From: Promethearchaeota archaeon
GTDB taxonomy: Archaea; Asgardarchaeota; Heimdallarchaeia; Hodarchaeales; Hodarchaeaceae
Reading direction: 5' to 3'
DNA: 60,641 bases
Assembly: GCA_048939265.1 (NCBI GenBank)
Contig: JBHLPQ010000002.1
Location: 1 to 60,641, forward strand
This document shows positions 1-9,504 of the stretch, piece after piece; positions within the stretch are counted from its first letter, which is position 1; every line of letters begins with the position of its first letter. The position numbers and the translations under genes are program-made. The notes under the pieces are model-generated. The model was not told the DNA's origin. It made no database searches and worked only from the letters and a program-made list of their open reading frames with translations.

Positions 1-230
1 CACAAAGGCTTTTTAATGTTGGAGAGGTAATAATATCTACTAAATCATCCTCAATATCTTTAAAAAAATCTAAAAGCACAATATTTAGAGAACTAATCGG
101 ATCTATCACGAATCTTACTTCCAGAAGAGAGATTTCAAATCTAGGAGAAATCAATTTACATTTAAAAAAATATCACTTTTTTCTGAGCTATTGAAATCGA
201 TAAGAAATTTTATAAATACTATATAAATAT

Positions 231-1841
231 TTGAAAACATTAAGATTTTGGGTAGTTGGATTAAGAACTATTCTACGTTGGGTGAACCTGGAAATGGCAT
301 ATCAACGCAAAACGTGGAAGAAGTTTATGAAAACTATATTATCTCAGACTCCTGTCTATATCGCGAAATATCCTCCTTCAGATCAAAAAATACTCAATGA
401 ATTCCTTTCTATTTTACAAAATTACATCGTTGATACCCAGGAAAGCCGAAATCAGCTTTTTGAGCGTTTTGAAAGTTTCCCTGCGAAATATCATGAGAGT
501 GAGCAATTCCTCAACCTACCGTTCTTATGGTTTGTAGATAGCTATTTTTCAAATGCTGCAAAATTACTAAGTGTAGCAAGTTTTCATGCTGATGATTTTT
601 ATGAGTACTTAGTAAAACAACTCCGTGGATATCCAGATACCGAGGGAGTTTTCCAGCTCCTTCGTAAAGGTATTCCATTGACCGATCTTAAGTGGGAAGA
701 TCTTCAATATGCCTGTAATAAACTTAGTGTTCCACTCAAAAGTGAAGAACTACATACTCTTGAAACGATACATAGAATGTCTCTTGAAGCTGGAACTAAT
801 GCTTTAGATCAAAGATATATTAAAACTACTGTATTTAATACTGTAAAATCACCAACAGTTAACAAAAAGTTAGAGAATTTTTTTCTTAGATTAGATTCAA
901 GATGGTTTCTACGGTTTAATGTTCCGGCGTTTGATTTAAAGCTGTTCTTTTTTCAATTTAAACTGACGAATTCTACTTCTTTAAAGGAAATCATTGATTT
1001 CCATGATTCAACCAACACTACATTATGTAATAGCAGTATATATTGGAATCGAGATACCCCGAATATGTATTGTGGGATTTTAGTGGTACCTGTTAAGTCT
1101 GCAGATGTCTTCTTTCAGTATTTACAAAGCTGTCACAATCAAGATAAAGTAGAACTTATCGAATTAACTAAAATCAAGACAACTCGTATTAGTGTCTCAT
1201 TAATTCTCTATCAAGCTACAAAAGGATGGCGGACTCCAACTCCAACGGACTGGAGTAGATTAATTCCAATGTTACGGACGAAGTCCCCACGCAAAATACG
1301 TACGAATCTCTCATCATTATATCTTTCACCCCCTTTTGACAAAGAAACAATAGAAGAATATGATTTGACCCGAGCAGTTCAGCTTTTATGTAAACTACCC
1401 CGTGAATTTTCGTTTAAGGAATTGGTTTCAGGCTCAAACAAAGACCAAATCAAGATAAACCTAACTAAAATTGAATTCAAACTTCTAAAAGAAATGTATC
1501 AACGAAATATAGTTCAAATAGGATTTCTTTCAAGAGGATTGGTTTATGAGTTTTCACTTGATAATTATTGGATCAAAGTTCCTAAAATACCTCTTGATCA
1601 GCTTTCAAGGCTATTAGCTTGGATTCCATTTTGTCGCCTTTATTTCTCAGAAAATAATATTTTTATTTGGTCTTATTTGACTCGAGAGTTTGCTCATTGG
1701 TTGAGAACAGATCTAGAAGATTTAGAATGGACAGTCATACCAATTATAGAGAACCATAGGCCCCAAAATTTTAATTTTGACTGGTACGACAGTGACATTC
1801 AACAATGGAAAACACCTCACATTTTAAAGAATGAAAAATAA
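231..1841 (+). CDS. Family-A paralog 1: uncharacterised ~510-aa protein with two HTH-like segments
   Basis: 536-aa ORF from TTG 231; more likely start is ATG 294 (MAYQRKTWKKF aligns with MVRPGRESFKRF of other copies). Collinear with ORFs 5332, 21502, 30711, 40475 through blocks FHA..(Y/F)YEYLVK.LRG, W..LQY, PAF(G/D)L, EIIDF, G.L.VP, GW, LLK..Y, YEFSLD.YWI..PKIP, QW.TP. Confidence 0.85.
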   Translation: MKTLRFWVVGLRTILRWVNLEMAYQRKTWKKFMKTILSQTPVYIAKYPPSDQKILNEFLSILQNYIVDTQESRNQLFERFESFPAKYHESEQFLNLPFLWFVDSYFSNAAKLLSVASFHADDFYEYLVKQLRGYPDTEGVFQLLRKGIPLTDLKWEDLQYACNKLSVPLKSEELHTLETIHRMSLEAGTNALDQRYIKTTVFNTVKSPTVNKKLENFFLRLDSRWFLRFNVPAFDLKLFFFQFKLTNSTSLKEIIDFHDSTNTTLCNSSIYWNRDTPNMYCGILVVPVKSADVFFQYLQSCHNQDKVELIELTKIKTTRISVSLILYQATKGWRTPTPTDWSRLIPMLRTKSPRKIRTNLSSLYLSPPFDKETIEEYDLTRAVQLLCKLPREFSFKELVSGSNKDQIKINLTKIEFKLLKEMYQRNIVQIGFLSRGLVYEFSLDNYWIKVPKIPLDQLSRLLAWIPFCRLYFSENNIFIWSYLTREFAHWLRTDLEDLEWTVIPIIENHRPQNFNFDWYDSDIQQWKTPHILKNEK

Positions 1842-1910
1842 AAAAAAGAATATTATTGAGATAAGAGGAGAAAATAGAGAAGGGCTTCCAACACATAGTA
1901 TATTTGTGGC

Positions 1911-1949
1911 TTATTGGTATGGGCCAGTACCACCAGGAGGGGGAGACAC
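1911..1949 (-). CDS. Candidate convergent micro-ORF (12 aa, GTG start: MSPPPGGTGPYQ) downstream of family-A paralog 1
   Basis: Positional counterpart of the ATG-initiated MPP/MLPP micro-ORFs after the other four family-A genes. Minus-strand TATA-like ATTATATTTA (1992-1983) lies ~33 nt upstream. A-run 1842-1849 is a T-run on the minus strand. Confidence 0.3.
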   Translation of the reverse strand: MSPPPGGTGPYQ

Positions 1950-2038
1950 TTTATTATACCTCAGACCTCCACTCCATCAACTAAATATAATCTCCCAACT
2001 TTTTTCGACAAATAATACAAGTTAAATAAGCAATTTCT

Positions 2039-4183
2039 TTACATATCGCTAGGAATAAAATCCAGATTTTGATATGATTCACGTAATCTCCTTTGCTGAG
2101 GCTGATTTTGAAGAACGGTAATATCTATAGCTGATTCTAAAGTAACTGGAAAATCGTGGGTCTTCATAAGAGAGATTCGACCATTAATTGAAATAATACA
2201 TCGTCGTTCATCATTCTTAGCTTTTAATAAATTGCGAAATTGCTCATACTCATTTCTAGTTAAACCAAGTAGGTTTGATATGACATATGGATCAAATTTA
2301 GTGAAAAAAACAGCTAGAACTCCAGTATTCGTCAATATAGGCTGCTCTACTATCGGGTCAGTACCAACGAAGATCATAGAAATATCATACGCACGCAAGG
2401 TCCAAGGCCCCTTTGCAACTAAAGATTCAGGAGTCCTAGCTTTATAACTTCTAGGTGGAACAAGTTTTTGAATTTCATCTAGGACGATAATATTCTTTGG
2501 TAGAGAGTCTTCCTTGAACGGTGAGCGAGAACTCCGAACATAATAGTAGATGTATTGAAGAATAACATCAAGGAAAATTTGCCTCCCGCTTTGATCTTCC
2601 AATGACTCAAATGCCGAAAGGTCAATGATCGCATTCTGATCTAGTAAATTAGATACTTCAAATGTGGTTTTACGAACAGTCAGACATCTTCCAATATTCC
2701 CAAAAAGAAGCTTCTCAATACGATTCATTATACCAGCAGTGGTATTTTCTAGATACGCGCCCTTCATACCTAATTTTATTGGTGAATTTAGGTTATCAAG
2801 AAAAGTACGAAAATCCCCTTGGTCCTTCACAGTCTGAATGACCGCAAGATGAAGAAGACGGCGCATTTGGGGCGAAACAGCTTCAGAATCTTCAAAAAAA
2901 TGTTCAAGGAGAGACATAACAAATTGAATATGATCTTCTATGGGAATATCATTGTCTCCTTTTTCATTTTTGGGAATTTGGAATATATTAATTCCCCAAG
3001 GGAATGTGGTAGAGCCAGGTTTTAAATAAATAAAATTTTGACAAAAAGATTGGATTGGAGCAAGATACTCACCTTTAGGATCGAAAATTAGGAATTTAAC
3101 ATTCTTTATAAGAAATTCCTTGATTAAACCATATACAAAACGACTTTTCCCCTCACCAGTCATTCCAAAAACAGCCATATGTCTGTTCAGATCTTTTCCA
3201 TTAATCAATAGAGGGATCTTATCTGCTGTTTTACCACTAATAATTGGAATACCAAGATTAATCGCCTGCAAAGGAGTAGCTTCAGTGACACCAGATGAGA
3301 GAGTGTAATCTTCTTTATTAGGGACAAGAGTGTAACCTTCATGCGAGTACTGTCGTTGAGGAGGAAGAATAAAACTTATTAAAGAAAATCCATCAATAAT
3401 AATCGGTGAAATCAGTTTACGTCGCGAACAGAGACTTTTAAAGGAAGAAAAACGATGCCAAAAAGCTGGATAAACCCGTACTTTTAATCCATTCGAGATA
3501 AATAGAACAGATAACCTATCAAGCTTGGATTGTAACGCCTGTTGACTATTTTCAACTACTAAGATTCGCGGTGAGAATTTAAAGCATCCAGTTTCTTCCA
3601 TTATATTCTTTCTTTGAGGATTAAATCGACGTTCTACCTTTCCTCTTTGAATATCAAATCGAACTTGTGTCATATGACTTTCTGGAGTTTCATCTGTCTG
3701 GTATTCCTTTGGAAGCTTGATAGGTTTGAAAACCAATTGAATATATGCAAATTGAGGATTATCCGTTAAAATTTCAAGAATATTATCTGAAAAACCATCA
3801 GCTGTAGTGATAGATTGATTTGCTTTGTCTCTTAATCCAATTACCCCTCCACAAAAATATTTAGGACCATCAGAACCTACCTGAAAGTTTGTTTGGAGAA
3901 TTTCTAGTACCTTTTGGACTGGTGTTTCCCCTATGTGATGATAATCTGAATGAAGGCCAAGTGCTGTGGCAAATTGTTGGATAGTTGCCATCCCCCTTTC
4001 TATTCCTTTTTTACGGATTCGTCCCTGTGGAAGAGGAATCATCTTAATCCAGACAGTTTTAGGATCAAAAATCGTGTACTCTAATGAAAATGCTTGTTTA
4101 GCATTTTGAAAGACTTTTATACTAGATTTGTCTGCTCTCATTGGAATGTGATCGAAATTGAAAGCAGGTGTGTTTTCAATCAT
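2039..4183 (-). CDS. FtsK/HerA-superfamily P-loop NTPase (DUF87/HerA- or VirB4-like), motifs intact
   Basis: 714 aa; Walker A AVFGMTGEGKSRF, Walker B NIIVLDEIQKL; ~330-aa N-terminal extension; convergent with family-A paralog 1. Confidence 0.7.
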   Translation of the reverse strand: MIENTPAFNFDHIPMRADKSSIKVFQNAKQAFSLEYTIFDPKTVWIKMIPLPQGRIRKKGIERGMATIQQFATALGLHSDYHHIGETPVQKVLEILQTNFQVGSDGPKYFCGGVIGLRDKANQSITTADGFSDNILEILTDNPQFAYIQLVFKPIKLPKEYQTDETPESHMTQVRFDIQRGKVERRFNPQRKNIMEETGCFKFSPRILVVENSQQALQSKLDRLSVLFISNGLKVRVYPAFWHRFSSFKSLCSRRKLISPIIIDGFSLISFILPPQRQYSHEGYTLVPNKEDYTLSSGVTEATPLQAINLGIPIISGKTADKIPLLINGKDLNRHMAVFGMTGEGKSRFVYGLIKEFLIKNVKFLIFDPKGEYLAPIQSFCQNFIYLKPGSTTFPWGINIFQIPKNEKGDNDIPIEDHIQFVMSLLEHFFEDSEAVSPQMRRLLHLAVIQTVKDQGDFRTFLDNLNSPIKLGMKGAYLENTTAGIMNRIEKLLFGNIGRCLTVRKTTFEVSNLLDQNAIIDLSAFESLEDQSGRQIFLDVILQYIYYYVRSSRSPFKEDSLPKNIIVLDEIQKLVPPRSYKARTPESLVAKGPWTLRAYDISMIFVGTDPIVEQPILTNTGVLAVFFTKFDPYVISNLLGLTRNEYEQFRNLLKAKNDERRCIISINGRISLMKTHDFPVTLESAIDITVLQNQPQQRRLRESYQNLDFIPSDM

Positions 4184-4281
4184 GAGAGGAACAACTCAAA
4201 AAGGAAGTTTGCACATTCTCACTTTGAAGTTATACTTATTTACTCCCAAAAATAATAAAAGTATCTTACACAACTCTGAAT

Positions 4282-4572
4282 TCATTGATTATTTAAATTC
4301 AGATAATTCTGTCGGATTTTGTGTATATTTTTCCATGATACCTCCTCTTCTACAGGTATTTCATTCATTAACTCTAGAACTGTCTTTAAAACCTGATTAA
4401 TAGGAATATTCTTCTCATCCTCTTTTATTATCAATTTGACAGTCTTCATTGAAGATGATTTCTTGATCTTACGGTTTTTTGGGGGAAATTTTTGCTTAGG
4501 TAATAACAACTGGACAGCCTTCAAATTTACCACATCATTAACTACTGAAGAAGGAAGAATATAATTACCCAA
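4282..4572 (-). CDS. Hypothetical small protein upstream of the ATPase gene
   Basis: 96-aa ORF with TTG start; alternative ATG at 4449 gives 55 aa. Same strand as and 98 nt upstream of ORF 2039-4183. No recognisable domain. Confidence 0.35.
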   Translation of the reverse strand: MGNYILPSSVVNDVVNLKAVQLLLPKQKFPPKNRKIKKSSSMKTVKLIIKEDEKNIPINQVLKTVLELMNEIPVEEEVSWKNIHKIRQNYLNLNNQ

Positions 4573-5089
4573 AAATGAGAGGCATCTTCTTTTTCGAGTG
4601 CATTTTCAATAGATTTCTCCTATTTCGACTTCTATTTCATCTTCATATTGTTTAAGGTGATACATGAAACGAAAAACCACCTCTATTTCGACTTCAATTT
4701 CAATCAGTATCAATTTGAATACCAAAGCGAATACTTTCATCCATTCTAGGGAATAAAACCGACTTATTTATCTTCTTATTCAGTAATAATGAACCCTTCT
4801 AGCGCGTGGAATTAGGTTGTTATCGCATTCTTAGATGTAATCCTCTTCTCATAAGAATTGATTTCTGAATAAAGCAAGAGGTAGAGACATTTTACTTACG
4901 ATTTAATCCTATGAATTCTTTGAAAAATTAGTCTCTCAGGATGGATGTTAAAAGCAAGAAAGAGTTATAGAAATTAGAGAACAAATCTATGAAAGTCATC
5001 ACAGTTTTGAGTATAAAAGCAGTATAGGATAATCAAAGATACAAGTAAAGAATATTGAAAAGTGGAAAGAAATGATCAAAGTTGAGAGT

Positions 5090-5200
5090 ATGGAAGATGA
5101 AAGACTAATCTATAATATAATCACTTCTGACACCCCAAAGCGAATTAAACAGAAACTGTTTGACGCAATTGAGGCCTTTGAAGAGAAACGATCGGTGTAG
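5090..5200 (+). CDS. Conserved 36-aa micro-protein, copy 1 (MEDERLIYNIITSDTPKRIKQKLFDAIEAFEEKRSV)
   Basis: Below the ORF-track cutoff; found by hand translation. In-frame ATG 5072 would give 42 aa. 21/36 identical to the 10303-10413 ORF, with mostly synonymous or conservative nucleotide changes. Confidence 0.6.
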   Translation: MEDERLIYNIITSDTPKRIKQKLFDAIEAFEEKRSV

Positions 5201-5269
5201 CTCTCTGAAAAAACAATTTTTTATTCTTTTTAAATAGGCTTTTTAAGCTAAAAAATATTTATAAAAATC

Positions 5270-5292
5270 GTTCCATCTATTGATGATGGAAC
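5270..5292. promoter_or_regulatory. Perfect 8-bp inverted repeat (operator-like) in the family-A paralog 2 promoter
   Basis: GTTCCATC-N7-GATGGAAC lies between TATA-like TTTATAAAAAT (5258-5268) and the GTG start at 5332. Confidence 0.4.
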
Positions 5293-5331
5293 TTCTTCAT
5301 TGAGTCTATTTGCTAAAAGGTGTAGCGTGAG

Positions 5332-6867
5332 GTGGTTCGTCCAGGCCGCGAGAGTTTTAAACGTTTTATCAGCACTATTATGGATTTATTACCACCTTAT
5401 ATTGAAAAATATCCACCCTCTGACCAACTTCTGTTGAGGGAGTTTCTATCAGTCCTTCGACACTATGATGAAGCTGACTATCAACGAAAGAAGCTATCCC
5501 AGCGATTCAGAGAATACATTGATAGACATTTCAACACTGATCAATACTTACAAACTGCTTTTCTCTGGTTCACTGATACATACTTTAGAAATGCATATAG
5601 ATTATTAACTGTCTCAAAATTTCACGCAAATTCCTATTATGAATACTTGGTAAAACATTTACGGGGGAGCTCCAACATTCCAGGGGTTTTTAAACTGATA
5701 CAGAATAAAGTTTCAATTACAAATCTTGCTTGGGAGCAATTACAATATGAAAGTGTTAAACTTATAGTTCCCCTTACAATTGACCAATTACAAATCATTT
5801 CAACTGTTTATTCTGCTGTTATGGAAGAAGGAGTTCACGCTTTAGATTCTCGAAAACTGAGAGCGCTTATCGGAAATCAGGTGGGCTCTCCAAGAAATTT
5901 AAATGATGAGCTCATCCGTTTCTTTAATTTAATAGATGGACAGTGGGTATATCGTTTTTTTACGCCAGCTTTTGGATTAGATATGGTTATTATGCAAATT
6001 CAACTAGATGGATCCGTTTCTCTAGAAGAGATTATTGATTTTCAAAACCCCGCGAATACAGTTATTAGTAGAAGTGATGTATATCTAGTTAGAAACTTGC
6101 CAAATACCTATATTGGGATATTAAGCGTCCCTACTCAAGATTTTGAACAATTAAAAGGATATCTTCAGGAATGTGAACATCAGGGAAGATTAATCTTAAA
6201 AAGCTTAGAAAAAATAGAAACAAGGAGATTTAGTAGTTCTCTAGCACATTATCGTACGAACACAGGTTGGTTTGAACCAAGTCCATCTAGAATGCGGAGA
6301 TTAGCACAGTTATTAAGGACTCAAAATCCGAGAGAAAACCAGGGACAGTATTCTTCACTTTTCATTCCACCTCAATTTAACTCTCATTGGCATTTCAGCG
6401 ATCATCCTCTTCCTAGAGAGATCATCAATCTTTTCTGTAATATATCCCTTCATACATACACATATCAAAATCTTCCTTTAACCAATCAAGATCTCTTCTC
6501 ACTTACGCAAGCTGATGTTGGTTTATTAAAGCAGTTATTTTATAACCGAGTTTTACAAGTCAGGTTTGTCCCCCAGCGATTGTTGGATGAGTTTTCACTT
6601 GACTTATACTGTATAATTCTACCCAAAATCCCAGTTTACCAGTTAATACACTTTTTAAATTTAATTCCAAATAGTGATGTATATTATACTGAGGAATCAA
6701 TCTATGTGTGGGGTCGGTTTACTTCCAAACTTATCCAATGGATCGAAAATAATCTTCAATGGACTGTATTGCAGATAATACGAAAAAATATTCCCTTAAA
6801 CTTTGAATTTAATCAATTTGATCCAGGGGAACTTCAGTGGATAACCCCACAGTTCTTGAGAGAATGA
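5332..6867 (+). CDS. Family-A paralog 2
   Basis: 511 aa, GTG start (MVRPGRESFKRF); roughly half identical by eye to the 21502 and 30711 copies; same block order as all five. Confidence 0.9.
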   Translation: MVRPGRESFKRFISTIMDLLPPYIEKYPPSDQLLLREFLSVLRHYDEADYQRKKLSQRFREYIDRHFNTDQYLQTAFLWFTDTYFRNAYRLLTVSKFHANSYYEYLVKHLRGSSNIPGVFKLIQNKVSITNLAWEQLQYESVKLIVPLTIDQLQIISTVYSAVMEEGVHALDSRKLRALIGNQVGSPRNLNDELIRFFNLIDGQWVYRFFTPAFGLDMVIMQIQLDGSVSLEEIIDFQNPANTVISRSDVYLVRNLPNTYIGILSVPTQDFEQLKGYLQECEHQGRLILKSLEKIETRRFSSSLAHYRTNTGWFEPSPSRMRRLAQLLRTQNPRENQGQYSSLFIPPQFNSHWHFSDHPLPREIINLFCNISLHTYTYQNLPLTNQDLFSLTQADVGLLKQLFYNRVLQVRFVPQRLLDEFSLDLYCIILPKIPVYQLIHFLNLIPNSDVYYTEESIYVWGRFTSKLIQWIENNLQWTVLQIIRKNIPLNFEFNQFDPGELQWITPQFLRE

Positions 6868-6931
6868 AAGATAATGTAAAGTTCAGAAAAAAAAAAGAAA
6901 AGGGAAGTTGTTCTTAAATGATTTGCCTTAT

Positions 6932-6967
6932 TCATAGTGTGGGTTCGCCGCCACCAGGAGGGAGCAT
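6932..6967 (-). CDS. Candidate convergent micro-ORF (11 aa: MLPPGGGEPTL)
   Basis: ATG 6967. Minus-strand TATA-like TTAATAAAGG (about 7008-6998) lies ~30 nt upstream, with GGTGAAAAACC just before the ATG. A-run 6887-6896 is a T-run on the minus strand next to the A2 stop. Confidence 0.35.
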   Translation of the reverse strand: MLPPGGGEPTL

Positions 6968-7239
6968 GGTTTTTCACCACATCCCCATTCCACAACGCCT
7001 TTATTAACTCCCAAAATCATTCTAGTAAGTTTATCCTTACTTTAGGCAAATATAAATATACCTAAGAATGTATGAGAATATTAGCAGGTTTATTTAAAGA
7101 AACAGATTGTTTAGACATCTGTATTATCATTTTGACATCACATTTCTAGTATCATAAATAGCTTTTAATCTCACGAAAATAAGACGATTATTTTTCACAG
7201 AGATAACTGAAAATGACGAACTATAATTTTGTACGCGCT

Positions 7240-7632
7240 TCATTCTGAAAGAAGAGGGAATAAAAAGCCAATATAAACGCCTTGAGCTATAATAGCTACA
7301 ACTAATGCGAAAAAGAAGCTCAAGAGAGTCCCAATGAGATAATATTCTGCAAATTGACGGTGTTCAAGTTGCTTAAACCGCGCCATCGATTTGGCAACGA
7401 AAACGAATGAAATTGCCCCATATTCTCCAAGTAAACCAAAAGTAAGAATAATTCCTCTCTCCAACATACCAATGACTTTTCCTGCGCCAGGTAAACCTGT
7501 TTCGGATGAATTCTCAAGTGAGATATTAAGAGATTTCAAGAAGAACTCCACAAAGAATCCACCAACTATTATAGCAATGAAATATGCACAGATATAATAA
7601 CCACATAGAAGTAATAATGGCATCCAGCTCAT
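7240..7632 (-). CDS. Small polytopic membrane protein (possibly DUF3307-like), coupled to upstream regulator gene
   Basis: 130 aa, about 4 hydrophobic helices. Its ATG overlaps the stop of ORF 7632-8255 (TAATG). Confidence 0.55.
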   Translation of the reverse strand: MSWMPLLLLCGYYICAYFIAIIVGGFFVEFFLKSLNISLENSSETGLPGAGKVIGMLERGIILTFGLLGEYGAISFVFVAKSMARFKQLEHRQFAEYYLIGTLLSFFFALVVAIIAQGVYIGFLFPLLSE

Positions 7633-8255
7633 TAATGCTCATCCTCGAAATGTTCAATGAAAATGTCTGTTAGATTATCCAACATGTCAATAGCTAAGAA
7701 AACAGCTTTTGACTGGGTGTATTTAAGAATTTTGGACACAGCCTGTTTACTTATCCCTTTCTTCTCCCCAATTTCTTCATATGTCATTCCTTCCCGTCTA
7801 AACTGAATAATCTGCCGTTGATGATCATTCCACCTAGTTTTGATTGCATATACCAGCGTTAAAAGAGTGTTCACCATTTTATCGAAGTGAGTATTGCCAG
7901 ATGACATCCAAGCATAGCACCGCTCTTTCTTTGCAGTATTGAGGGCATCTTGGGCACGGTGAAAAGCTAATCCATCCATTTCCAAGGTGTTAGGAGAAAA
8001 TTCAGTTGAAATTTCCCCAATTCCCACCCCACATCGAAATTCAATGGAAATCAATTGCTCAAATGTATCTAAAATGTTGTAGAATCCATTAAAGGATTTT
8101 AAAGCCCCCTGAAAGGAATCACCCCAGACAAGAGTAAAAGGACATAAAAGTTCGTTTGAAAATCTTTCGTTGACAATATTCACAGCATTCTTTAATTCTT
8201 GTTGAACTTTGAATCTTTCCTGAACTTTTTTCGATTGAATAAGATCACAAGTCAT
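7632..8255 (-). CDS. SatD-like regulator: cyclase-like N-domain plus C-terminal HTH
   Basis: 207 aa; LVWGDSFQG motif reminiscent of the nucleotidyl-cyclase/SatD fold; C-terminal sigma-70 region-4-type HTH MTYEEIGEKKGISKQAVSKIL. Confidence 0.5.
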   Translation of the reverse strand: MTCDLIQSKKVQERFKVQQELKNAVNIVNERFSNELLCPFTLVWGDSFQGALKSFNGFYNILDTFEQLISIEFRCGVGIGEISTEFSPNTLEMDGLAFHRAQDALNTAKKERCYAWMSSGNTHFDKMVNTLLTLVYAIKTRWNDHQRQIIQFRREGMTYEEIGEKKGISKQAVSKILKYTQSKAVFLAIDMLDNLTDIFIEHFEDEH

Positions 8256-8310
8256 GATATAATACGTAGAAAATCACATCCAGTGCATTTTTCATCATGC
8301 TAGCAGTCAT

Positions 8311-8387
8311 GTCAACCTTATCATATTGACTTTAAAAAGTCGACCTTATGATGTTGATACATCATATATCAACCTTAACTTGTTGAC
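8311..8387. promoter_or_regulatory. Three tandem ~20-bp operator-like sites upstream of the 8255 operon
   Basis: GTCAACCTTATCATATTGAC (8311-8330), GTCGACCTTATGATGTTGAT (8339-8358) and ATCAACCTTAACTTGTTGAC (8368-8387); period ~28-29 bp; 56-130 nt upstream of the start at 8255. Confidence 0.5.
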
Positions 8388-8778
8388 ATTGAATTTCGAT
8401 AACAATAAAGAAACGAATTAATTCGATCTTCTGGTAACAAACAGTTGATTTAAGTAAAAAATGAAAAATATAGGCAAGGCTAAAGTAAAACCATTCTTAA
8501 AAATTATTTTAAATGAAGTTTTCATTATAAGCATTAATCTAAATTGATATAGACTTGATTATATAAATTTAATTTCATTAATAACACAATAAATATATTG
8601 TTACTGTGACCAAAAGTATATAGACACGTCTCTCAGAGAATAGAGACGAAATCTTCTGGATACTTCACATAATTATATGGTAAGAAAGTTAATTCAGTCA
8701 CCTAGAAGGTTCCGAAAGCATGTATTCAGAAGAATGTAAATAGGTAAATAAGTCGTCTCAAACAGTTGGGAAGGTTTC

Positions 8779-9453
8779 TTATTTTCTAGAGAATTCAAAA
8801 AGCCTCAGCCGATCTAGAAAGTAAAAACTTTGATATACGGGTTGAAGTTGCCTTCCAATAGAAACTTCATTCAACAAACCAATTTTAATCAAAGAAAGAC
8901 GATAACTAGAGACGGGATCAAGATATCTCTCAAACTTATGAGATGTACAAGCGATTATCAACAAGGGTGAAGTGGCAAAATTCTGACTTAAAAAATCAAA
9001 AATTAGTTTATAATGCCCCTCCCCAGCGTATTTTATTAGGAAAACGTCTGGTTTAAAATCAATTATCTTCTCCTTTGAAGATTCAAGAGACTGATCAAGA
9101 ATTCTCAGTCGATCTGAATTAAGTGCTTCCTCAAAATGAGGGATCTGATGATTGGATATCTCTGATTGATAATCATGCCAGGACTCATCAAAAAGTAACC
9201 AATTCCCCCCTAATAAATAGGGGGCAAGGACATCTAATCCACAAAAAGGATAAATCCCGTTAAAATCTTTTCCGTAACGATTTTTCAGAATAATAGCACA
9301 AAAAGAACACAATTCTTCTGAGAAAATCCTTAAATCGTGAGAATTTTCAGCGTTTTTGCCCAACTCGACAATTTCTGCGAGAATCATCTTCAGCTGATCA
9401 TTTAAAATCTTTAGCACCTTAGTAGGGAAACAAATATTTCGACCAAAAGACAA
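8779..9453 (-). CDS. Hypothetical protein
   Basis: 224-aa ORF (TTG start; ATG alternative 22 codons in). No motif recognised. Confidence 0.5.
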   Translation of the reverse strand: MSFGRNICFPTKVLKILNDQLKMILAEIVELGKNAENSHDLRIFSEELCSFCAIILKNRYGKDFNGIYPFCGLDVLAPYLLGGNWLLFDESWHDYQSEISNHQIPHFEEALNSDRLRILDQSLESSKEKIIDFKPDVFLIKYAGEGHYKLIFDFLSQNFATSPLLIIACTSHKFERYLDPVSSYRLSLIKIGLLNEVSIGRQLQPVYQSFYFLDRLRLFEFSRK

Positions 9454-9504
9454 CTGGAGGATAAATAAGAAGAGTACCTTACGAGTACCACGAAAAATAG
9501 AGTC

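Noticed and set aside
231-1841. Family A as TnpB/Cas12-like, DDE, HUH or tyrosine/serine recombinase.
   Set aside because: I could find no RuvC D-E-D pattern with a Zn finger, no DDE spacing, no HUH plus Tyr, and no RHRY or catalytic Ser motif conserved across the five copies. KHLRG is H-x-R rather than the H-x-x-R box. This cannot be excluded without profile or structure searches.
1831-2025. Plus-strand 64-aa ORF downstream of paralog 1.
   Set aside because: It overlaps the conserved antisense module and has no counterpart frame after the other four paralogs. It is likely spurious.
6932-7021. An alternative longer minus-strand small gene over the module. Candidates are MILGVNKGVVEWGCGEKPCSLLVAANPHYE at paralog 2 and ...GAFNG..EFLGVYKGKILEVE / ...GAYNS..ELLGVFKSNKFKVE at paralogs 3 and 5.
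   Set aside because: The LGV.K segment coincides with the TATA-like box. Frames relative to the MPP ORF differ between copies, and stops interrupt it in paralogs 1, 4 and 5. It may be a decayed ancestral gene, and I could not resolve the question by eye.
8256-8778. AT-rich ~500-bp intergenic regions (also 40035-40474 and 4573-5071) as replication origins.
   Set aside because: No ORB-like repeated boxes flank an AT-rich unwinding element, and no orc/cdc6 gene lies nearby. The only repeats here are the three operator-like sites next to the regulator gene.
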